This document shows, piece after piece, positions 57,238 through 64,000 of a stretch of DNA of 64,000 bases (position 1 is its first letter; every line of letters starts with the position of its first letter). The stretch covers positions 124,001 to 188,000 of IMG/VR virus record IMGVR_UViG_3300046543_000266; one strand, 5' to 3'. The position numbers and the translations under genes were made by a program. The notes under the pieces were generated by a model. The model saw only the letters and a program-made list of their open reading frames with translations. It did not search any database and was not told where the DNA came from.

Positions 57238-58116
57238 TTACTTCTGGCTGGCAGCATAGCATTTCTGCCAGTAGATGATGACTTCCTTGCGGGAGATGCT
57301 CTCTTTGTACTTACGGTCCACCACCTTGACGAACGGCTCGTGCGCACGCGCCAGCTTGACCGCAGCGATGTCCGAGCGCTTGATCGTCCGCTCTTCGAAT
57401 GCCCCACCCTTTGCCCCGTAGGACAGCGGGTTGACTACGAAGTTGTTCATGATTAGATTGGGGATGCCGCGCTTGAGCAGATGCAAGGTCACGTTGAAGT
57501 CTTCGCGGAACTTGATCTCGTCGAAGCGGATGTCGTTGTCGAGTAGCGTGCGGCGGTGATGACCCATCGCGTGCATGGCGCGACCGGCTTCCATGGTTTC
57601 CTTGCGCTGCCGATTGTTGTTCTGCCGTGAAGCAATGCAGGTATGCCGATACTCACGTTCGAGCATGGCATCACGGATGAAGTCGAAGCGGCGGATCTTC
57701 TGCTCGTCGGTGAAGCCGTCCTTGAACAGGAACAGCACACCCTTCTTCTTGTACTCAGGCAGCACATCCCACTGCACCTTCTTGGGGTCGAAGGCTCGAT
57801 ACTTCTTGTTGCAGCGCCGGAAGAAGTACATGTCGTCGTCCATCTGGAAGATGTTGTCCGACTTGACGTTCTCGATGATCCACTGGCGCTTCTTGGCGAT
57901 GCCGTCCACCGTCGGATCGTCGATAGCGTACACCAGATCGTGTTTATACTTCTTCTTTAAGGCCCGCGCATCTTCGAGGGTCGAAGTAATGAGCAGTACC
58001 TTGGCACGCAGTTCTTCGGGGATGCCCAAGAACGTCACTTGGCGATCCACCCGTTGATGCGTTGGTATGACCAGCTGAAAGTCTTTATCAGCCACGAGGA
58101 GTCTGTTCTTGAACAT
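57238..58116 (-). CDS. TAGT/JGT-like GT-A glycosyltransferase, paralog C
   Basis: VIPTHQR, GIAKKRQWI, FQMDDDM, FREDFNVTLHLL..G, KGG. Confidence 0.75.
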   Translation of the reverse strand: MFKNRLLVADKDFQLVIPTHQRVDRQVTFLGIPEELRAKVLLITSTLEDARALKKKYKHDLVYAIDDPTVDGIAKKRQWIIENVKSDNIFQMDDDMYFFRRCNKKYRAFDPKKVQWDVLPEYKKKGVLFLFKDGFTDEQKIRRFDFIRDAMLEREYRHTCIASRQNNNRQRKETMEAGRAMHAMGHHRRTLLDNDIRFDEIKFREDFNVTLHLLKRGIPNLIMNNFVVNPLSYGAKGGAFEERTIKRSDIAAVKLARAHEPFVKVVDRKYKESISRKEVIIYWQKCYAASQK

Positions 58117-58127
58117 GCCCGAGCCTG

Positions 58128-58832
58128 TTAGTAGGTGAGAACGAACTTGCGGAATCCGTCAGGTGTGTTCTCGATGGAAGGGTAGCCAGTGGCCTCGACG
58201 TTGTACTTGGTGACGCCGTGCTCGACCGTGGTGGCGGGAACCATCAGACCACGCAGTTCGAAGTCGTCGAACAGATACTCTTCCATCGTGGCTGCGTTGA
58301 TAACGCGCCACTGATTGGTGTGGCCGTCCGAATGCGTGTTGTACCGGATGTAGTACTTCTTGTGACCGGTCGTCACCACCTTGGCGATCTGACGTGCTTC
58401 CTTGTCGAACTCTTCGGCGCTCTCCAGATAGTTGCCGATCTGATAGTCCACCTCATCGTACTTGGGCGGCACGTACATCTTGTTCGTGTCCTCGAAGCGG
58501 CCCTTGTCGATGGTGTTCATCCACACCTTGAACACGTCGTCTGTGTGATCGAGGAACTGTTCTTGGAACGCGTTGCGCGTGGTTGCCAGCGGACACACGA
58601 AGTCGACGATAACCCAATGGCCTTGGAAGTGCAGCATCCGAGCCAACTGACCGAGAGTGGTTGCTTGCTTGACGCGGTCCAGGTTGGAGAAGCCCAGATG
58701 CGACGTGATGGTGCTACGCGCCCAGTCAGCGTTGACGTGGATGGCGTTCAGCTTCTGTTGGAGAACCTTTGCCAACGTGGTCTTGCCGCTGCCGGGCAAA
58801 CCCTGAATGAAGATGACTTTGTTTTGGCTCAT
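58128..58832 (-). CDS. Adenylylsulfate (APS) kinase-like P-loop kinase
   Basis: QGLPGSGKTTLA, NAD.AR, LGFS..DR..Q, VIVDFVCP...R, GRFEDTN; C-terminal extension of unknown fold. Confidence 0.7.
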   Translation of the reverse strand: MSQNKVIFIQGLPGSGKTTLAKVLQQKLNAIHVNADWARSTITSHLGFSNLDRVKQATTLGQLARMLHFQGHWVIVDFVCPLATTRNAFQEQFLDHTDDVFKVWMNTIDKGRFEDTNKMYVPPKYDEVDYQIGNYLESAEEFDKEARQIAKVVTTGHKKYYIRYNTHSDGHTNQWRVINAATMEEYLFDDFELRGLMVPATTVEHGVTKYNVEATGYPSIENTPDGFRKFVLTY

Positions 58833-58887
58833 GATGGTTTGTTGTGTGTAGAGAGGGAAGAGCAGTAAAACTAGGAAGAGCGATTTT

Positions 58888-59280
58888 TCAGGCGGTGCGA
58901 GCCGAGGCTTGGTACGGCTTCATGCGCGTGTGGTGGACGATGATGTACTGCGACCGGCCGCCACGCGACATGTGATCAGCGTTGACCCATTGCCGTTCGC
59001 GCGGAAGGAACGCATCGGTGAACACGTAAATGTTGCTGTCGATACGGCACAGGAACCCTTCTGCCTTCTGAGCCGCAGTTGCCAGCAACGTCCGGTCCTG
59101 GATCTCCTCGTAGTTACGGCCGAGATGCTCGTACGTCGAGGGGTCCACGATGACGTGGGTGGTGAGCCGCGGATCGATGGTCACCAAGAAGTCCGGGATG
59201 GTCGTGAACTCCTGACGGGCCAGACCCATCGGGAAGTCCTTGTTCTTGTACACCTGGACAGGCTTGATCGGATTAGTCAC
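58888..59280 (-). CDS. Hypothetical protein
   Basis: SD GGAG plus GTG at 59280; the track ORF is 5'-overextended. Confidence 0.55.
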   Translation of the reverse strand: MTNPIKPVQVYKNKDFPMGLARQEFTTIPDFLVTIDPRLTTHVIVDPSTYEHLGRNYEEIQDRTLLATAAQKAEGFLCRIDSNIYVFTDAFLPRERQWVNADHMSRGGRSQYIIVHHTRMKPYQASARTA

Positions 59281-59413
59281 GAGTGTTCTCCAGTGCTTTA
59301 CGGCGACGCATTGCACGCACGTCATGAGCAACCTGACGTAACGTGTGAATGATGACTGCTAATGCCACGACGCCGAGCGCCAACATTATAGCGGATTGCA
59401 GCCGGGGTTCCAT
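59273..59413 (-). CDS. 46-aa single-pass membrane protein, absent from the ORF track
   Basis: SD GAAGGA; MEPRLQSAIMLALGVVALAVIIHTLRQVAHDVRAMRRRKALENTRD. Confidence 0.55.
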   Translation of the reverse strand: MEPRLQSAIMLALGVVALAVIIHTLRQVAHDVRAMRRRKALENTRD

Positions 59414-59437
59414 AGTGAAGATCCTTCAAATTGACTA

Positions 59438-59590
59438 TTACAGATTGGCCTTCTCTTTCGGGTCGCAGCACGTTGCTTCGATTGGGATAACGAAGCAGCA
59501 CCACCAACAGCGTTTGGTATCCGGACCAACTACAAACGGGAAGGGGTGCGGCGACGGCGGTTCGGTGTTCTCCCCCACGTCGTTTTCCAT
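59438..59590 (-). CDS. 50-aa Cys-rich protein, absent from the ORF track
   Basis: ATG 1 nt after the upstream stop; contains CWWCC-x8-CC. Confidence 0.45.
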   Translation of the reverse strand: MENDVGENTEPPSPHPFPFVVGPDTKRCWWCCFVIPIEATCCDPKEKANL

Positions 59591-59591
59591 G

Positions 59592-59876
59592 TTAGCGGCG
59601 ACCCTTCGTATTGAACTTGGCCTGTTGCCGCTGCTGGAAACGCTTCTGGTCTTGACGCTGGATCTTCAGTTCGTGACGCTTGTTCGCTTCGTCGTGGTTG
59701 AAGTCGGATGCAGGTGCCTGACACGGCGTATCGTCATAGTCATGTAGCTCGCGACGTTTACGCTGTTCGATGCTCGGTGTGCTCTCGTGAACGGCGCCCT
59801 GACTGGCGAGCATAGCCATTGCTGCGACTGCCGAAATGCTGGAGCGACCACCAAGTCCAATGCGACGCTGTGTCAT
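59592..59876 (-). CDS. Small basic hypothetical protein
   Basis: ATGA-coupled; ends KGRR. Confidence 0.6.
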   Translation of the reverse strand: MTQRRIGLGGRSSISAVAAMAMLASQGAVHESTPSIEQRKRRELHDYDDTPCQAPASDFNHDEANKRHELKIQRQDQKRFQQRQQAKFNTKGRR

Positions 59877-60064
59877 TTGCGACGTCTCCCTGTTCTAGCG
59901 CGGCGCTGTGCCTTGCGTTTGTGGTGTAGCTTGCGTAGCGCCCGGACGCGGTTGACTTCATACGCCATAAGACGTAGCTGTGAGTCAGTCAGAATACGAT
60001 AGTCAACCGCCCCCGGAACCTCGACCCATGTGAACTTCAATGGTTGTGGAAAGTAGAGGCCCAT
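59873..60064 (-). CDS. 63-aa Arg-rich protein
   Basis: TGATG-coupled start at 60064; ends KRKAQRRARTGRRRK. Confidence 0.6.
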   Translation of the reverse strand: MGLYFPQPLKFTWVEVPGAVDYRILTDSQLRLMAYEVNRVRALRKLHHKRKAQRRARTGRRRK

Positions 60065-60240
60065 CAACGCCTTCCGGTGCGTGCGCGCTTCTGGCGCTTG
60101 CGCTTGTTGAGCTTGAGTCTGTGTTGGCGATACAAAGCCCACAGAGTACCGAAGATCCGCCGGTTCTCAATTTCCTCGATCTGGTTAGCAAACTCTACGG
60201 CCAGTGGATCATCCAAATCGTTCATTGTCAAAGTAGGCAT
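60064..60240 (-). CDS. 58-aa Arg-rich protein, absent from the ORF track
   Basis: TGATG-coupled at both ends; ends KRKRQKRARTGRR. Confidence 0.6.
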   Translation of the reverse strand: MPTLTMNDLDDPLAVEFANQIEEIENRRIFGTLWALYRQHRLKLNKRKRQKRARTGRR

Positions 60241-61259
60241 CAACGTTTCTCCGAATTGGCCTTCGCATACGAGAACGTCTTGTCCACCAGCGACTCGACG
60301 TTCTTGGGCAGTTGCTTGCCGACCAACCGGAAGGCGATGGCCTCGGCGATCAGTTCGTTGACGTGCTTGGTGGCATACTCGGTGACGATGGGTTCAAGGT
60401 CACGCTTGGATACACCACGCGTAGGCCACAGCGCCCGGATGTCGTCCTTGAAGTCAGCCTCGAACAGCAGGTCCAGTTCCTTCACCGACAGGGAGTGGCG
60501 CTGGCTGATACTGCGCAGTATCCACTTGTAGGTGATGGTGTCCTCTTCCGACAGGATGGACCGGAAGTCTGACGGCATGTCTTCTTGACTCAGCAGCATG
60601 TCCAGCAGCTCCTGGGACTTGTCGCGCTTGATGTCCTCGACCTTGATGCTGGTATTGTACGCCCGGATCCACGCGGCATTGAGCTTCTTGCCGGTAGCGT
60701 ATTCCTTGTGGAGGTGATGGCCGAGCTCGTGGTAGATCACGTACGGATACTCCGAGAACGGCATGATCTCCGGGCGGATCTGGAACGTATGCGGCCGCAC
60801 TTCGGGCTTCTTACTGCGCTTGTAGAGGCCCGCGTACTTCTCGCCGTTGAACGGGATGACTTCCCACACGCAGGTGGAGGGGTCGATGATGAAGTCGAGG
60901 CCGTGTTGCTTCAGCACCTTGGCACACTTGTCGAACGCCGCGAACAGCTTCTTGCCGAGTTCAGCTTCGGGCTTGTAGAAGAAGTGGATGGTGCCGAAGT
61001 TGTCGTGTACCTTGCGGCCCGTATGCAGGATCGACGTATCGCAGCCGTACACCTTACCCGGAACCGGCGTCGGCCCCAGATTGACGACGATGTCCTTTGT
61101 GGACACTTCGACTGTGGACCGCAGGTTCGCGAAGTGGCAGTCCTTCTCTACTACACCAGTCACTTGATTGTTGGTCTTGCCAGTGACCTTGAACAGGAAG
61201 AGCTTGGCCTTCGTGTTGTTGGATTGGGTTCGTCCTACAGCGTAATCGCCTTTCTGCAT
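60240..61259 (-). CDS. Zinc metallopeptidase (HExxH)
   Basis: VIYHELGHHLH with distal YATKHVNELIAE; start moved to ATG 61259. Confidence 0.65.
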   Translation of the reverse strand: MQKGDYAVGRTQSNNTKAKLFLFKVTGKTNNQVTGVVEKDCHFANLRSTVEVSTKDIVVNLGPTPVPGKVYGCDTSILHTGRKVHDNFGTIHFFYKPEAELGKKLFAAFDKCAKVLKQHGLDFIIDPSTCVWEVIPFNGEKYAGLYKRSKKPEVRPHTFQIRPEIMPFSEYPYVIYHELGHHLHKEYATGKKLNAAWIRAYNTSIKVEDIKRDKSQELLDMLLSQEDMPSDFRSILSEEDTITYKWILRSISQRHSLSVKELDLLFEADFKDDIRALWPTRGVSKRDLEPIVTEYATKHVNELIAEAIAFRLVGKQLPKNVESLVDKTFSYAKANSEKR

Positions 61260-61300
61260 GGTGCCTTCCTGTTCGTGGATAGAGATATGGTCTGGAAACG

Positions 61301-61335
61301 AAAAATGCCCGACCCTGAGTAACAAGGCCGGGCAT
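61301..61335 (-). terminator. Intrinsic terminator
   Basis: ATGCCCGGCC...GGTCGGGCAT followed by TTTT on the - strand. Confidence 0.7.
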
Positions 61336-61354
61336 CCGTTACTGTACAGCTTAT

Positions 61355-62437
61355 TTACTGCGGATCGGCAGGTTGCACCGGGGCGACCACAACGGGTTCA
61401 GCCGGAGCCGGCGTCACAGTCAGCGTGACTGCGGGTTGCTCGGCGGGCACTTGCTGGATGGCTTCTTCGAACACAGCAGCCGGAGTAGGCGATGCCGTAA
61501 CCTCTTGCGCGTTGAGGTCGGGCGGCAAGCCAGCGCTCGTGGTGGTGACCGAGCCGTCTTCGTGCTGCACGCTGGCGACGTCTTGATGTTCAGACACGTC
61601 CGACTCTTCGACGCGGAAGTCCGACTCGTCAGTGCTCGGGTTGTCTTCGGTGCCGACCAAGACGCTGGCGTACAGGCCGTTGGTGCTGAACTCCGGGTAC
61701 ACACCGATGAAGTGCGTCCAGTACACGAGATCCGTGCCGAGCTTGGTGCGAACTTCGAAGGCGTCGACCGTGGAGTTGGTTTCCGACGGGGCGAATGCTG
61801 TGCGCAGGTTGTCGATCGTGACCTTTTCCGACAGTTCGAACAGCAGACGGTGTTGCGTGAGGTTGAACGTGCCGTTCGGATCTTGGCTGTACACCACCAG
61901 AGAATCCGTGAGTTCGCGCGCCGACAGCGGCGAATCGACCAGACCTTCTTCGACTGCGAATGCGAAGCCGACGTGCACGCCGTCGTTGCTGTTGCTGGCT
62001 GCGACAACCGGCTCGTTGTCACCGGAGAGCTCCGCCATGAGCTGTTCTGCGAGCGTGCCTTCGTTTGCGCTTTGCGGAACTTCGTCCGTGACCAGCAGAT
62101 CGACAGCGGCTTGCTCGACGGCTTCGGAGGCTTCTGCCGTTTCGGCTTCGTCGTCCGACGCGTAATCCGCCTCGTTGAATACGAACAGATTGTTGAGCTT
62201 GAGTTCGAGTTCGCCGTCGACGTTGTAGAACTTGTACATTTCGAGGAAACCGTCGATGTCGCGGTTGTACACCTTGCCGTCGTTGTCCGCGTACACGACT
62301 TGCGGCGGATGTTGCAACTGCGTCTTGGCTTTCAGCGCAGTGTTCGTGATGAACAGGAACTTCGCGGTGCGCCCGTCTTTGCGCATCCACACAGAACCGG
62401 GCGACAGGAATTCGAGTTGGGAAGCAGGAGTTGCCAT
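61355..62437 (-). CDS. Acidic hypothetical protein
   Basis: Strong host-like codon bias; N-terminal PGSVW.RKDG..A.FLFITN SH3-like segment and low-complexity linkers. Confidence 0.65.
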   Translation of the reverse strand: MATPASQLEFLSPGSVWMRKDGRTAKFLFITNTALKAKTQLQHPPQVVYADNDGKVYNRDIDGFLEMYKFYNVDGELELKLNNLFVFNEADYASDDEAETAEASEAVEQAAVDLLVTDEVPQSANEGTLAEQLMAELSGDNEPVVAASNSNDGVHVGFAFAVEEGLVDSPLSARELTDSLVVYSQDPNGTFNLTQHRLLFELSEKVTIDNLRTAFAPSETNSTVDAFEVRTKLGTDLVYWTHFIGVYPEFSTNGLYASVLVGTEDNPSTDESDFRVEESDVSEHQDVASVQHEDGSVTTTSAGLPPDLNAQEVTASPTPAAVFEEAIQQVPAEQPAVTLTVTPAPAEPVVVAPVQPADPQ

Positions 62438-62545
62438 TTGAATGGGATCCTTTGTAGGAAGGGTTATAGGTCGGCCGACCTTGGCGTCTATTGGGTTGCT
62501 TTACGCAGTTTATTTACTATGGTCGGCCGAGTTGCTTTTTGGCGC

Positions 62546-62866
62546 TTATTTCACGGGTTTTGCCGCTGGGACCGGCGTCTTCGTGATGTCGAATGCTTCC
62601 GCAGTCAGGTCCGAGAGTTTGGCTTGCTTGTTCGCACAGGCAGTGTACATGTCTTGCCACGTCTGCGCGGTAACGAGCGTTTCGCCCTGCGCGTATTTCC
62701 GCACCGGAAGTGTTTTCATGGGCGGACATTTCTCCAGAAGTTCTGGCGGAATATTGACCTCCTCCTTCGGTGCTACGATCGGCAGCGGCGTTGCAGTGAT
62801 CGTGGGCTGACTTCCACATCCGTACAGGAGTGTGAAGACATACGACATCGCGAGATATCTTTTCAT
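62546..62866 (-). CDS. Rz1: o-spanin (Rz1-like lipoprotein)
   Basis: Signal peptide with lipobox LYGC, Pro-rich IPPELLEKCP, Y.AC..KQ..L. Confidence 0.75.
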   Translation of the reverse strand: MKRYLAMSYVFTLLYGCGSQPTITATPLPIVAPKEEVNIPPELLEKCPPMKTLPVRKYAQGETLVTAQTWQDMYTACANKQAKLSDLTAEAFDITKTPVPAAKPVK

Positions 62867-63312
62867 TTCGTAACTCCGGTTGGTGCCGACGCTTCGTCGG
62901 GATGTGCGGCCTCGTAAGCGTTTGCTGCGGCGTTGACAGGATCCGCGTCGATGATCTCGTTAATCGCAGACACGGTTGCTTCATCCCACCCGCACGACTT
63001 GGTTACGACGTCGGGAACCAGCAGCTGATACTTGGTAACTACGGAGGCGCGCGTTGACGCCGCTTTGGCGTTAGCCGTAAAAATGTCACCAGCCGCCTTC
63101 ATGGCCTTCTGCTCCAAGTCGCTGATCCGAGCGTTCTGCGCAGTGGTTTGCGCATTCTGCTGATCGACCATCTTTTGAATGGTCTTCTGCTGCTCGTTCC
63201 AGCCAGCGGTGTGTCCGCTGTCGTAGCCATTGCTGTGTCCGTAGCTGTACACTCCGAACAACGCGCCGAGTATTGCAACGGTCATGAGACCGTACTTCAC
63301 CAACGTTGACAT
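62863..63312 (-). CDS. Rz: i-spanin (Rz-like)
   Basis: N-terminal TM, GY..G..AGW, coiled coil, CGW near C-terminus; ATGA overlap with the lipoprotein. Confidence 0.75.
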   Translation of the reverse strand: MSTLVKYGLMTVAILGALFGVYSYGHSNGYDSGHTAGWNEQQKTIQKMVDQQNAQTTAQNARISDLEQKAMKAAGDIFTANAKAASTRASVVTKYQLLVPDVVTKSCGWDEATVSAINEIIDADPVNAAANAYEAAHPDEASAPTGVTK

Positions 63313-63323
63313 GGTCTAACCTC

Positions 63324-64000
63324 TTAGTAGAATTTCTTTTTGATCTTTTCGAGGATCTGTTGCGGAAGATTGCCCGGATCCCAGAGCGTTACTCCTGCGG
63401 CCTTTGCTGCTTTGGACGGCTCTTCCTCGTCCTTGAAGGGAATATACGGCGACCCCTTTACCGCCCACAACCGGATGACCGACAGCTTGAACATCCGCTT
63501 GATCAGTGGCCGCAATCTCTCAGTGGCATCGATACCTGCATCGTCACCATCCATGAGCAGCACTACTTGATCGACCCCTGCGATCTCAAGTAGCTTGGCC
63601 TTGTTATCCGTCCACGACTGTGTACCGAAGATACACATAGCCGGGATGCCGTTCATGAGCAAGCGGAGTGCATCCCGCTGCCCCTCCACCAGAACAATAG
63701 TGCGACTCTTCTTCTGCACCATCATGTCGATAGCGTAGTCGAAGGGCCAGAGTCCGTGGGTAAGCGCCCATTTGCTGCCACCTTCCGCAGCCGCCAGCAG
63801 ATAGGAGGGTGCCTCCCCTGTAGGGTCTTTCTTCAAGCGCGCACGGAAGAAGCCCTGCTGCTCGCCGTTTATAATAACCGGCATGTAGATATGCTTCGTG
63901 GTTCCCCACTTCTCCCACTCGTCATTCCACTTCAGACACATACGTCCACCCAACTCGATCAGCATGTCGGTTGGGATAGTACGCCACTTCTTTCCCTTCG
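63324..64000 (-). CDS. dnaG: DNA primase TOPRIM domain, 5'-truncated by window edge
   Basis: IVLVEGQRDALRL..NGIPA.CIFGT, LLMDGDDAG; frame is open to position 64000. Confidence 0.85.
   Translation of the reverse strand, partial: KGKKWRTIPTDMLIELGGRMCLKWNDEWEKWGTTKHIYMPVIINGEQQGFFRARLKKDPTGEAPSYLLAAAEGGSKWALTHGLWPFDYAIDMMVQKKSRTIVLVEGQRDALRLLMNGIPAMCIFGTQSWTDNKAKLLEIAGVDQVVLLMDGDDAGIDATERLRPLIKRMFKLSVIRLWAVKGSPYIPFKDEEEPSKAAKAAGVTLWDPGNLPQQILEKIKKKFY

Noticed and set aside
48350-58832. Host-derived capsule or O-antigen island, or a prophage moron
   Set aside because: No flippase, polymerase or export genes are present, and the sugar genes are interleaved with TS-fold, aGPT-Pplase1 and Nmad1 genes typical of phage base modification. 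A non-DNA acceptor is still not excluded.
61373-62917. 514-aa + strand ORF, and similar long antisense ORFs at 18031..19275, 49485..50615, 50627..51700 and 35908..36873
   Set aside because: They mirror genes with recognisable motifs on the - strand. GC3 bias suppresses antisense stops, and they show no motifs or SD.
1-64000. tRNA, rRNA, CRISPR array, integrase, or nucleus-shell/tubulin genes
   Set aside because: Intergenic gaps are short and I recognised no cloverleaf or family motifs by eye. A tRNAscan/Infernal run would be needed to be certain.

Overview
A 64-kb, GC-rich, densely coding slice of a large (probably jumbo) contractile-tailed dsDNA phage. All family calls come from motif recognition by eye; no database search was run. 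Layout: (1) 1-17.7 kb, + strand: an expanded set of tail-fibre/adhesin genes with paralogous pairs and triplets, ending at a bidirectional terminator. (2) 17.7-35.7 kb, - strand: baseplate and tail genes, ending in an Acb1-like anti-CBASS 2H phosphoesterase and a small unannotated ORF. (3) 35.7-48 kb, - strand: packaging and recombination genes (portal-like, MmcB, RuvC, terminase large subunit, RecA/UvsX, an SSB-like protein with a very long charged disordered tail, and a sigma-70-like factor). (4) 48.3-58.8 kb, - strand: a probable DNA base-hypermodification locus. It holds a dUMP-hydroxymethylase-like thymidylate synthase homolog, an aGPT-Pplase1/5-hmdU-DNA-kinase-helical-domain protein, Nmad1/DUF1599 and a HAD phosphatase, three TAGT/JGT-like glycosyltransferases, a sugar kinase plus nucleotidyltransferase, a PAPS-dependent sulfotransferase and an APS-kinase-like protein. 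(5) 58.9-64 kb: small ORFs, a zinc metalloprotease, spanins and a truncated DNA primase. The strongest novelty candidate is region 4, which reads as a pathway to glycosylated and possibly sulfated 5-hydroxymethyluracil in phage DNA. That is an inference from gene content only. I recognised no tRNA, rRNA, CRISPR array, integrase or reverse transcriptase.
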